In this document: positions 49,711-62,066 of the stretch, piece after piece
Layout of the letters: the number at the start of each line of letters is the position of its first letter
Position numbering within the stretch: position 1 is the first letter of the stretch
Source: Octopus bimaculoides
Taxonomy: Eukaryota
DNA length: 64,000 nucleotides
Direction: 5' to 3'
Assembly (NCBI RefSeq): GCF_001194135.2
Contig: NC_068981.1
Location: 38,078,263-38,142,262 of the forward strand
The notes under the pieces: model-generated
Databases searched by the model: none
Told to the model about the DNA's origin: nothing
What the model saw: only the letters and a program-made list of their open reading frames with translations
Program-made: the position numbers and the translations under genes

Positions 49711-50385
49711 CCCTCGGTTATATTTTTTGGTTATTCTTCGATATTTTTTATTTTCTAAAATTCTTTTTACTTGTTTCAGTCATTGGACTGAAGCCATGCT
49801 GGGGCACGGCCTTGAACTTTTAGTCGACTGTATCAACTCCCGAATCTTTTTTAGGTGATTTTCAACCAGCATATGAAGTTAAGCCTAGAAGGTCTCTTCA
49901 CATGCTAGAAACAACAGCCAAATCTTAAAAAATAATTTTTTATAATTTCACATAAACAGAAATGGAAATTGTGATCGTAAAAAAACTTTTATTTTCCAAA
50001 CTTCCAATTTATAAGTAAACAAAACATATTCAATCGAAAATAAAAAAAAAATACAATAGAATAACAGAACACAAGACTCTTTACTACTCAATGTACATAT
50101 TGTCTGAATTCTAACAGAAGGGAAAGCATTTACTTCAAGAAATGTGTAGAATCATAAAAATGATAAGAAGTATGTTTGAATGACTAGCCTTTGGCACCAT
50201 AATTCTGTTAGACCTTCAACAACCAGAGAAAAACATAACCAAAAAATATAACCGAGGAGCTTTTGTCCACTTTCACACTTTAACTATGGGGTTTTTGTCC
50301 GAGGGGCTTTTGTCCATGAAACTTTTGTCCGTGAGACTTTTGTCTTTGGGGCTTTTGTCCTAGGTGGGTGGTTGTCCTACACTCA
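49711..50385. mobile_element. Non-autonomous DNA-transposon-like relic with a 15-bp subterminal array
   Basis: Perfect 22-bp inverted repeat at 49713-49734 / 50235-50256, then TTTTGTCC units at 50261, 50293, 50308, 50323, 50338 and 50353 (15-nt period), ending gttgtcctacactc. Superfamily not assignable. Confidence 0.45.
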
Positions 50386-50622
50386 TATATTTCTTAAGCA
50401 AGAATATTCTAAACAGTGACTTCGAAGTTTTAGTCATTTAAGCTCTCATTGGACTGTGAACAATATTCTTGTTTAAAAATAATAAATTTGTGCTCTAAAA
50501 AAACATAGAGTAACCCATCAGATTAATGTAAAGCACTTTTTATTATAACTGAACATAAAAACAAATATTATGTGCGTGTGTGTGTACATATTTATATAAA
50601 TGTATGTGTATATATGTGTGTG

Positions 50623-50752
50623 TAGGGCATCCAGCTGAAGAAACTCTGCCAGATCAGATTGGATCCTGGTGCAGCCATCTGGTTCGCCAGTCCTCAGTCA
50701 AATCGTCCAACCCATGCCAGCATGGAAAGTGGATATTAAACAATGATGACGA

Positions 50753-50756
<4 letters not shown>
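50623..50756 (+). mobile_element. RTE LINE 3' tail fragment
   Basis: agggcatccagctg.agaaactctgccagatcagattgga...catggaaagtggatattaaacaatgatgacgatgat. Confidence 0.85.
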
Positions 50757-50783
<27 letters not shown>

Positions 50784-51504
50784 NNNNNNNNNNNNNNNNN
50801 NNNNNNNNNNNNNNNNNNNNNNNNNNNNNNNNNNNNNNNNNNNNNNNNNNNNNNNNNNNNNNNNNNNNNNNNNNNNNNNNNNNNNNNNNNNNNNNNNNNN
50901 NNNNNNNNNNNNNNNNNNNNNNNNNNNNNNNNNNNNNNNNNNNNNNNNNNNNNNNNNNNNNNNNNNNNNNNNNNNNNNNNNNNNNNNNNNNNNNNNNNNN
51001 NNNNNNNNNNNNNNNNNNNNNNNNNNNNNNNNNNNNNNNNNNNNNNNNNNNNNNNNNNNNNNNNNNNNNNNNNNNNNNNNNNNNNNNNNNNNNNNNNNNN
51101 NNNNNNNNNNNNNNNNNNNNNNNNNNNNNNNNNNNNNNNNNNNNNNNNNNNNNNNNNNNNNNNNNNNNNNNNNNNNNNNNNNNNNNNNNNNNNNNNNNNN
51201 NNNNNNNNNNNNNNNNNNNNNNNNNNNNNNNNNNNNNNNNNNNNNNNNNNNNNNNNNNNNNNNNNNNNNNNNNNNNNNNNNNNNNNNNNNNNNNNNNNNN
51301 NNNNNNNNNNNNNNNNNNNNNNNNNNNNNNNNNNNNNNNNNNNNNNNNNNNNNNNNNNNNNNNNNNNNNNNNNNNNNNNNNNNNNNNNNNNNNNNNNNNN
51401 NNNNNNNNNNNNNNNNNNNNNNNNNNNNNNNNNNNNNNNNNNNNNNNNNNNNNNNNNNNNNNNNNNNNNNNNNNNNNNNNNNNNNNNNNNNNNNNNNNNN
51501 NNNN

Positions 51505-53305
51505 TAACATTTGTTTTCCATGATGGCATGGGCTGGATGGTTCGACTGGGGTCTGGGAAGCCAGGAGGCTGCACCAAGCTCCACTCTGATCTGGCAGTGT
51601 GTCTACAACTGGATGCCCTTCCTAATGCCAACCACTTCGAGAGTGTAGTGGGTGCTTCTTATGTACCACCGCCACAGAGGCCACAGGGGGCGAGCAATGA
51701 TCATGATCGGTTGGTGCTTTTTACATGCCACCAGCATGGGGATCACAACTACAATTTTCATTTGATTTTGGTTTTGATGTACTTGACTCAATAGGTCTCC
51801 TCAAGCATGGAATGATGCCCTATGATCCAAGGTACTTTTGAATGGGCTGGTTATACAACACTGGAGTAGGTTACAGCTGTGAACTCACTTTATTTGCCGG
51901 GTCTTCTCAGTCACAGCATATCTCCAAAGGTCTTTTTTTGTCAATGCCTCTGTGATGCCCAACGTTTGAAGGTCATGCTTCATCACCACATCCCATGTCT
52001 TCCTGGGTCTCCCTGTACCCGGATTCCTTCCACTGTTTGGGAGTGGCACTTCTTCACACAGATCTCATCCATCCTTAGTACATGACCATACCAATGCAAA
52101 CATCTCTCTTGTATGTCACATCTGATCCTTCTTATGTCCAACATTTCTCTCAGGGCGCTTACACTCTGTTGTGTGTGCACACTGCCATTACACATCCAAC
52201 AGATCATGCTAGCTTCATTTCTTTCAAACTTACGCCTGTCTTCAGCAGTCACGGCCCATGTTTCACTGCCATGAAGCATAGCAATTCGCACACATGCATC
52301 GTACAATCTACCTTTCACTCTGAGCGAGAGGTCCTTTATCACCAGTAGGGATAGAAGCTTTCTGAACTTTGCCCAACTGTTCTTATTCTAGTGGTAACAC
52401 TCTCTGAGCATCCACCCCAAGTACAGACTTGGACGCCTAGGTAATGGAAGCTATCAACTACTTCTAGTTTCTCCCCCTGGCATGCGATGGAATCTGTTTT
52501 CTGAGTATCTGTGGTGTTTATTGCCCCTGTGCATCTGCCACACACGAAAGCTATCTTCCCGGTTAATCTTCCTTTGATATTGCTGCACCTTTTATGTGTC
52601 CATAGCTTACACTGGGTACATCTTATTGAGTTTCTTGCCTACACCTTTTCTACAGATCGAGCAGGGCCACCTACCTGAAGGGGTGTGTGATGTGTTCACC
52701 TTTCTACTTACTAGAACTTTGGTTTTTGCAATATTGACTCTAAAGCCCTTCAATTCTAAATGTTGCTTCCACACCTGAAATTTCTTCTCTAGTTCTGGTA
52801 GTGATTCTGCTATGAGAGCCAGGTCATCAGCATAGAGGAGCTCCCAGGGAACCTGTCTTGAAATCCTCTGTTATTGCCTGGAGGACTATGATGAATAAGA
52901 AGAGGCTGAGGGCTGATCCTTGATGGACCCCTACTTCTACCCGGAATTCTTCACTATACTCATTGCCAACTCTAACCTTACTAACTGCATCTCTGTATAG
53001 GGCCTGTACAGTCCTTATTAACCATTCATCAATCCCCACTTTCTGCATCGCCTGCCAGATAAGGGATCAGGGGACCCTGTCAAAGGCTTTCTCCAAGTCC
53101 ACAAAAGGCAAGTATAGGGGTTTATCTTTGGCTAGGAATTTTTCCTGTAGTTTCTGTACCAGGAATATAGCATCAGTGGAGCTACTACCTAGCACAAAAC
53201 CGAACTGCATCTCATCTAAGCAGATTCTGTCCCTAATTAGTTGGGCTATGACCCTCTCTGTGACCTTCATCACCTGATCCAGCAGTTTGATACCCCTAAT
53301 AGAAC
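51505..53305 (-). mobile_element. 5'-truncated RTE-clade LINE (RT domain, PHD-like finger, C-terminus, 3' UTR); frameshifted
   Basis: Minus frames: RGIKLLDQVMKV, QFGF..G.S.TDAIF, FVDLEKAFDRVP, GVHQGSALS.FLF, ELLYADDL, KTKV, YLG, LHGSETW, L.WYGHVLRM, then the GCATTAGGAAGGGCATCC tail. Several stops and frameshifts. Confidence 0.95.
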
Positions 53306-53953
53306 AGACTTTAAGTAGCAAGATGTGTTCCATTGGTGAGGTCACAGATGAGAATGAAAGGATTCTGATAAACTAACTGATTCAAACAATTAATCAAACA
53401 ATTGATTAGCTAACTGGTTTACTTGCTGATAATTAATAATGAATAGAAGTGATATAAAACTATTGTGTTTATTGGAAAAATATCTCTCCCAAGATACATC
53501 TGTTTCAACATATGATTTCACATCAAGAATCTTACAAAACAAAAACAAAAAAAAAAAAACGAAATATCTATATATATATTTGGCACTAGACAAAATAACA
53601 ACATTTAATATTTAAATGTACGCATTACATATTGATTAGACAACAATACTCATTCTATATTTATAACAAAATCCTCAACCACAAACTTAAACTGGACCAG
53701 TTCTTTTCTTGAATAATCAATATATCTAAAACAGATATAGGATTTTGATTAAATGATTAAATTATCAATTGAATAAAAAAAAAAAATTTAGTAATCAATT
53801 TTCACAATATTAGTAAAATAGCTTTAAAGTATATATAATTTTGGGATAACAATTTATGCTCATCGACTTTATATCTGCATTTATTTTCTGGTAGTTTTAT
53901 TAGTATTGCAAAATTGCCTGCATATTGTCAGTTATAGCAATCTTGAAGTAACT

Positions 53954-53993
<40 letters not shown>

Positions 53994-54231
53994 ATATATT
54001 ACTCAATATCATCCAGAATCAACAATGTAAAAAGTAAAGGGAAGAAAAAAGAACAGGCTTAAGCAGATTTTTGTCGGATAACTGTTGCATATAGTCTGTC
54101 AAGATATTTACATTGCTTTAAGAAGACATTGAAAACGTAACAAATTCTTCAGTTTGTTGTTTATCTTCAACACTAATATTGATAGTGTAAACATTTACTC
54201 CTGCAAGTTATATGTAATATTTTTTCCTTTT

Positions 54232-54242
54232 GTAGTAGTAGC

Positions 54243-54303
<61 letters not shown>
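54232..54303. repeat. (TAG)n microsatellite
   Basis: Visible directly; gives the poly-Val ORF at 54154-54402. Confidence 0.95.
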
Positions 54304-54664
54304 AGTCTATGTTGCTGTTCATTAGCCCTAGGTCTGATTTGCCTGACTTACGATGAAAGGTGTTTCTGCCATGGCTATTCTATAATATTGTTTGAATCAT
54401 AGTAAATCTTGGATTATATGGCCTGACATGTTCTTCCTTTGTAAGATGGTAAGAAAAATTTGTCTGATTTTATAATGGATTTATCATTTAAGTAGAAATC
54501 CCTTCCTATGTTGGTTCTTAATCCTTATTGTTGCAAACTTATATTTCTGGTGCAGAAAATGTTAATCTTAACTTCTTTTGACTACTCTCTTCTGACGCCA
54601 GTAACTTTATATAAATTGTTGATGACTATTCATTTGAGGCAATTAAATATAAGCAAGAGACTAT

Positions 54665-55095
54665 CACTGAAGTAATGTTTGTTGCATGGATACTGTGACT
54701 CACTCTCTCCAGTCTTGTTCAGTTCACTACTAAACATAGCAGGTCTTTTCAGATTCACTTGGAATCCCTACACATTCACTTTATGTAGGTTCGATGTGGT
54801 CCACCAGCATTTGCATACACATACTTTGGTTCCCAGAGAAGAATGTCGCTAATGACCTCATCTTTTTCCCTCCAGCTATGTTCTGCACATCTTGTTCTTC
54901 CTTCTCTGATGACGTATAATATTGGTGGTAGATTACCATAGAAAAGTTCTTTCATAAGGTGTTGTTTCCAGGGGATGTCCAGAGCAGCTCAAAGTATTCT
55001 TGTATAAGTTCCAACAATTTTCTTTTCAAGATGCTTTCCTAGAGTTAATGTTGTACATCCATATAACAGACTACGCAACTGCCTGAAAAAAAGTG
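54665..55095 (-). mobile_element. 3' fragment of a second RTE-clade LINE family
   Basis: Minus translation LLYGCTTLTLGKHLEKKIVGTYTRIL*AALDIPWKQHLMKELFYGNLPPILYVIREGRTRCAEHSWREKDEVISDILLWEPK…GGPHRTYI: an RTE C-terminal region clearly different in sequence from the 51505-53305 family. Confidence 0.8.
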
Positions 55096-55254
55096 TGTTT
55101 CAAATATAATGGAAGCTTAGATTTCCAGACCGTTGATAATTTATTCAAGTTACTAATTCAGTTTACCTTAACATTTAAGTATTACCAAGTTTTTGTTATT
55201 TGCAATTGGTTATTACAGATGCTTTTCTTTATTTTAATATTTTTCATATGTTGC

Positions 55255-55445
55255 TGTGATGATCAGACCAACGATCAAAGGTGCTCCAGCTGTGGCCATT
55301 CTAGTTTTTTATTATTTTTTAATAGATGTAGAATATGCAAGATTACATTATCCAAATGAGCTCTTCCCTTCTAAATGTTAGCAGCGTAGGATGTGATGCA
55401 AATTTAGCAGCTATTTCTAGCAGTTTAAATGATCAGGCTCACAGA
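55255..55445. repeat. Old dispersed repeat (family C)
   Basis: gatcagaccaacgatcaaaggtgctccagctgtggccatt ... ggatgtgatgcaaatttagcagctatttctagcag; reverse-oriented relatives at 4745-4800 and 32520-32695. Confidence 0.45.
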
Positions 55446-56284
55446 AAGTCATCTTTATTGGCATGATCTTTCTGATTTCACTCTCAATCTTAATTTCACC
55501 TCCAAATATTTTAACTTTCTATGTTTTTTGATGGTGAAATTAAGATCAAATGGGAATTCAAGATAACAAGTTCTGAAAAATTGTTAGCCTTTAGCTTTGG
55601 ACCTTCTCTGCAATATTCAATTTTCTATCTATTAGACAGTTAGTTCTGATTGGTGTGATCTGTGATCAAAGGTATTTTAGTCAGGATGACTACTTTACCC
55701 ACTGTCTTCATTTATAAACTGGTAGGGTTTTATATGAGAGAGCTTTCCCAAGCCTTCCTGTTTGCTCATTGTCTACCTTGTTGATAAATAATGTAAACTC
55801 TCTATAATAAAAATGCCAAAACACTGACTTAGGGAAGGTTGTTCTAGCATCAAATATGACTTTACACATTTACAAAGCCTCTATAAATGCATGGAATCAG
55901 CTAGCATCACCCAATTACATGATTTCAATAGTTGTGGTATGCATCAGTTAAACAATAATTCAGAATGTTAATATATCTATGGACTAGTTATTTTACATTT
56001 AAAATAAAAGAAAGTAATGTCAGTCTATACAAAAAGTCCAGACAAACACACTATTTGTGAAGAACTTTATATTCATATTCTACTTTTAGAGATAATAAAA
56101 AATGTAACTCCTTAACTATTATTATAGCTGTCATGATTATAACTAATTTTTGTTATGAAAGCATGTTCTTATTGCTGTTTTTCAATTATGATTTAAATAA
56201 TTTAGAATAATTAGCCTATAGACTAAGGAAGGTGGAAATAAGATTAAGATTAGCAGAAATATGAGAATTTAATGTAAAGATAGG

Positions 56285-57030
56285 ATGTCACCAAGAATGG
56301 ATCCACTGCATTTCATTATTAATTATTTATGTCTATATTTTCTCATTATAAAATCTATTGAGGAACTGCAGGAAATATTTCATACCTGGAAAGCTGAATA
56401 ATTGTTTTAAAGAACTAACAGTCAATAATGCAAAAATCCACTAGTTTCTAACAGAGAGCACAAAATTGAAACAGAGTATGTTGAAACTCAATACTGAATA
56501 CTCAGTGAAAAATATGGGTACACAAAGAATCTGATATTTGTAAGAAGTGATTCTACCTGGAGTCCAACGGTCATAAATAGACTGCCCAGTCTATGTTGGA
56601 ATGAGGTGAATGGAAGAAAAGGGTCAGTGACATCAATAGTTGAGGGGCCCTATTGGAAGAGAAAGAGTGAATGATGACATGGGTGGAAATCGAACCAACA
56701 TAGGCCTTTTTGACTTCAGGTAGCAGGAGTGGACAGACATGCATAGATGTGTGAGCTAGGAAGGGAATTAGCAGTAGGTTCTAGAGATAGGTTGGAAGGG
56801 TACAGTGCATCTCAGATTTAACCCATTTAGACAGTCAACACTGAGAGGCAGGTGAACTGTTCTTCCTCATATTACAGTTCCTTCAAATTACAGTCTTTAC
56901 AACAAGCTTGATTGTTGCCAGAGCAGTTGGCTGGCTTCCATGCCGGTGGCATCTAAAAAGCACCATTCGAGCATGATTATTACCAGTGTTACCTTACTGG
57001 CACTTGTGCCAGTGGCACATGAAAAAAACG
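56285..57030 (+). mobile_element. Highly decayed RTE-like relic
   Basis: KSIEELQEIFHTWK (~56352-56395) resembles the region after YADD; 56935-57025 is the reverse complement of the RTE UTR at 12470-12560. Confidence 0.35.
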
Positions 57031-60000
57031 AAACAACTTCACAAAACCAAACTGAACAACAAGTTTAATGAGAAATATTTATCTATATTTTCTACAATCA
57101 TTGCATTTATGTCTTCATATATAGAAATATTGAGGTCAAAATGAAGTAAATACTATATTGTTTAATGCATAAAACAAAGAAAAAAAGACTATAACACTTT
57201 GGTAATGTGAAATATTTAGTTTTTAATTGAAAAGTGTAGCTCATTTTTTAGAACCAGAAAAATAAATGTCACATGAAAGTTTTTTTCTGTGGCCAAACAG
57301 CTTTGAAAAAAGTCATTTAACTATGTTAATAACTCTTTGATGATGACCAACAAAAAACGATCTTTCAGTTAAAAGTCATAGAGGCATTCTGAAATAAGCA
57401 GCCATAAATTGCCTGCCCAGACACAATAAACATTCTTTTTAACAGGAAAGCAACAGAAATATTAAATATAGATCTGATGGAATTATATTGCTTACACATT
57501 TTTTTACAGAAAAACTTGTATAACATCTTTGTTGACAGAAATGACTACGTGTATATTGCAACAATAAGCAAACATTGACCCTTAAACCTACATTGCATTA
57601 GTCCACAGCAATATCTGAATCTATTTTGTAATAATTCTAAATTGTTATCATGATAAAAGAAACTAGCTAATAATTTCATTAGCACTATTGACTGGTCATA
57701 GAGTTGGCCATATGATTTACCTTTATTCCATTCCTAGGAAAGACATTTCTTTAACTGCAGTAAAATCTCAAAGAACTAAAATTATATATTTTATGCTAGA
57801 AAGTTAAGAAAGCATTGCATGCGAGATGTATAACCTGACTCAACCAAATCTCTAAACTAGACAACTGGAAAATTATATTTCTATCTGTTATGTACAAAAC
57901 CTTATGTTCTAGCTACCTAAATATTCAGTCTAAGGAAAAAATTACAGCCAGAAATCTATGATTAATTTTTGTTTTTTACGTTTTAAACCTTCCAGAATTG
58001 TTGTGCCAATGGCCTGTATTATTTACATATAGCGTGTGGTACAGATATCTAAACAAGTAAAAGAATGAAAGAAAATACAAGAGAAATAAAACAGATGGCT
58101 ATGTAGTGAAAGAGGTAGAAACATGTATTTATATCTGTTTTGCCCAAACACAAAAAGACAAGCGTAAAAGAATGTATAATAGAAAAGAGTTATACATTAT
58201 ACTTCTTGTCATAACAAACCAGACATTGATCTGTTTCCTTTCTTCCTTCTATAAAGGAAGAATTTTCATTAGTTCAAGCATGGCGATTATGCAAATGATC
58301 ATTCTGCACACATGGCAACTCACTGAACAGAATAAAAATTATTAAATTAACCATAAGTCACTTGTGGCATCTTTGTATTTCATTGAAAAAACACTTGCAG
58401 TATGTTGTTTCAATTTTCATGTCAACAAAAGCTAAATTTATCAAAATTTCTTCTGGCTACTGTAAAGGCAGTCTCCAACATTTTAAATGTTATTTCTATG
58501 TTTTTTATTTTACATTTGTTTATCTGTATTTCTATGAAATGATGCTGCAAATCCTATTTTAACTTTGTTTCTTGCAGAATATGTTAGCTTTCTCTAAGGC
58601 ATATCCTCAATAGCATTATTGTAACATTGACAAATTTTACATTATTCTATATCACCATTTTCATTACTCAATCTGAAAGTTTCAAACTAAAATTTATTCT
58701 CACAGGACATTTAGCTTGATTTTTATGGCTCACAGGCAACTTTAAAGCAATTAAAATTTCTTCCATAATCAGGTTTGTTGGTTCTGAAGTTCCTGACATT
58801 TCAATAGGATGTCCATTGAGACAATTGATTTTTCTGTTGTTGAATCCTTGAATTCAAGAGAAAACTATAAGATTGGTTTTATGAAGGACATGAATAGCAA
58901 TAACACAGGTTTCTGAAAGGATATAAGGGAAGTAGAAATATACAAACTTCTCTGAATAAATATCCTCACTTTATTGGGATTATATTTAACTTTTTAAAAA
59001 TCAGTTTTGCATTTACTCTTCAAGACTTGAACCTGTGGTAAAGTTCTGCAAATCTGGATATTTGCATCATATTTTGAAGCAAGCTACAGCTAAATTTCCT
59101 GTCATACTAATAACAAATTATTGTACATATTTTCAGCTGGATTAATTGAGTGAAGGAAAATAATGTACCTTGCTTGAGGCAGAAAGCTTTTTGGATGAGA
59201 AATAGAACAAATTAAATCAGAAACCAATGAACATGTTAATGTGCTGAACTAATTAGGAATGATAAGTGTATAGTGGCTTATGAAAGCATCATTGCCATTC
59301 CTTATAATGACAAACTTTATGTTTTACTTATGAACAACCAAAGGAAAGAATAAAAAACTGGATAAATTCCATTGTTTGCTTATGCATTATTAATGTTTAT
59401 TGAATTTCTTTTTCCTTCCTTTCTAGAAAGACAGCACAAATTGAAAACTGATTTGATATTCCAATAAACAACTTATGCGATATTAAGCTAAAACTGAAAT
59501 TTCATAAGAATTTCAGTATAGTATTTCTGTACAGTCAGTGAATCAACAGACATTCAATGATATATATATATATATTTCCTTTCTGGTTGCTGGACACAAG
59601 CTGCTTAGCTAATATTAGCATAGAAAAGGTATTGGTCAACCAAGGTGTTAAGATACAAAATTGTTGTCTAAAGATCAGTACAGTAGAACTATATAGTTGT
59701 TAAGTGAATTTCTTAAACACCCAGCCATGCTTGCATCTATGTTGTTTTTCATATTTTACTGATTACAAGCTACACATAAATTTTTGTTATATTTTTCTGT
59801 CCTTAAGTAGGCCTTATTAAATCACATAAAGTTGCTATTGTTCAGCAATTTGAGTAATATTAGCTGTTATTTCTCAAAGAGTGATTAAAAACACTGAATT
59901 TACTTTGCTGGTTTGGATTTCACATATAGAAATATGAAATAAATGTTTTTTTGGTGAAGCAGCAATTTTGTGAATGTGAAGTTAGTCATCAAATCACATA

Positions 60001-60081
60001 ACAGAGAAGATTATTTTAAAATACAAGATCTATTGCAATCATGTTTGATTCAAATATTTCTCAACAGTTAAAATGTTTGTG

Positions 60082-60241
60082 TATATATATTCTGTATGCA
60101 TCCTTAGTTCTTTAAGCTCATAATAACCCTGAAGAAGAATTCAAGCACAATAAAACCTATGCCTATATATATATTCTGTATGCATCCTTCCAAGAAAAAT
60201 GTTAACTTTAGTTCTATAAGCTCATAATGACCCTGAAGAAG
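60082..60241. repeat. Local tandem duplication of ~56 bp
   Basis: tatatatattctgtatgcatcctt[..]agttct.taagctcataat.accctgaagaag at 60082-60137 and 60166-60241; the first copy lacks ~20 nt. Confidence 0.85.
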
Positions 60242-60410
60242 TTAAAAATGATACCATTCTCAGCATAGAACCAAATGCTTAGAATTGCATATCAACTAGG
60301 AGCTAGAAATGAAACATATATGTAGGTTTTTTGCATCTCCCATTTTCTTTTTGAGCTTTACAACTTTTAATTTATTTGTATAGTTTTTTTTTTATTTCAA
60401 TATCTTTATA

Positions 60411-62016
60411 CGCTGGCCAAAATAAGTTTAAGACCGGTGATGACAGTTCTATTCCTTCATTAATTTATTATTAACGAAACTGTATAAAATAATTTTACTT
60501 TTTACAGTTTGTGTAGAATTTTTTTCTCTTTCCTATGATAGAGGTGTTGTATATTTTTCTCCAATTTGAATAATTTTAATGCAAAATTAATTGAAATGAT
60601 TAAAATTTGTTGGCAAAATAAGTTTAATACTGTACCAACATTATTTTGTTTAAATTGAAAATTTATGACATAAATGATCAACGAACAAAAATTTATTATT
60701 AGTATCTAGTTCTATAGCCATTAATTTCTATTACAACCTTACAACGGTGGGGCATGGAGCTCGACAGATGAGCACAAAAATCACTTGGAATGTTCTACCA
60801 TATTTCTTCCATTAAATTAGATAATTGAAACAAATTTGTTGGGTTTTTTTTAACATGAACTCTTTTAGAAACATAATTGCATAAATTTTCTATTGGATTC
60901 AAATCCAGGCTCTGTGGAGGCTACTCAATAACCACCATATTATTGTGCTCAAAATATTGCAAAACTTTCCTAGCCTTAGGAACGAGGCAATTGTCGTGCT
61001 GAAAAATAGATCTCAGTGACATCTGATTATTTAAATATGGCAGCACATTTTCATTTACTAATTGCAGATAGCCTACACTGTTCAGTCAGCCATCAACTTT
61101 AACACCTGGACCAACACCTAAGCTGCTGAATGCAGCCCACAACATTACCCCTCACCCCCACCCCCACCTACCACTTGCACCATTTTCACGACACACTTTG
61201 GATGGAATTTTTCAATTGGACGGTGTCTAAGTCTTTCTGTCTGATCCAAAGATGCAGAAATGGGATTCGTCACTCCAAATAATTTTTGAACAGTCTTTGG
61301 CCATCCATTCAATATGACTTTTAACAAACTTGATCCACTTCTGCTGGTTCATCTCAGAAATTATCGGCTTCTTTCAAGTAATCTGGCCTAACAGTCCAAA
61401 TTCTTTTAGGCAGTGTAAAGCTGATGTCAGTTTCCTCAAACAATTGCTTGCAAATGTCCACTGCTGTTAGTATTCGGATACCTTCAGAGAGCCTATGAAT
61501 TCACCAATCCATTTGTACTGTTGTTTTTCTCAGAGTGCCCATTCTTTGCTGATCTTTGTATTGGCCAGTGGCTTGGTAAAGCTTCCATGCTTGAACACAA
61601 CCCATTTTGCTGCATCTTAATTGCTTGCTAATGTCCATGAATGACACATTTTGCTGATGAAGCAACATGATCTTTGATCTAATAACTGGACTGATATTAC
61701 AATGCTTTCCCATAGCGAATTAATGTGTAGCAATGCTCGATTATTAAACAAAACAGTGCAGTAAGACCAGCCATATCCATTTGGTTTATTAATTTGCATA
61801 ATCTTAGTATGGTCTTAAACTTATTTTGCTGACAATTTCTAATTATTTGAATTGAAATTATTTGAAATGTAGAAAGATATATAATGCCTGTATCATTTGA
61901 ACGAGAAACAAGTTCTACATAAGCTGTAAAAAGTAAAATAATTTTATACAATTTTGTTATATATTAATGAAAGAATGGAACTGTCATCATCAATCTTAAA
62001 CTTGTTTTGGCCAGTG
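60411..62016 (-). mobile_element. Full-length (1.6 kb) Tc1-family transposon with IR/DR ends
   Basis: TA at 60409-10 and 62017-18. Inverted ends C(A/G)CTGGCCAAAA(T/C)AAGTTTAAGA extend ~210 bp, with inner copies of the terminal motif at ~60611-60630 and ~61811-61832. Confidence 0.92.
60700..61713 (-). pseudogene. Tc1 transposase (DD34E), disrupted
   Basis: MGKHCNISPVIRSKIMLLHQQ… paired-like N-terminus; IFQHDN…E*PPQSLDLNPIEN with 34 residues between D and E; multiple stops. Confidence 0.9.
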
Positions 62017-62066
62017 TATCATACAATAAATTATTCATACATACATTTTTCTCCATTTCCTTTCTT

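Noticed and set aside
50258-50377. Regular short repeats considered as a CRISPR array
   Set aside because: The period is 15 nt with ~7-nt linkers, there are no unique spacers or cas genes, and the context is eukaryotic.
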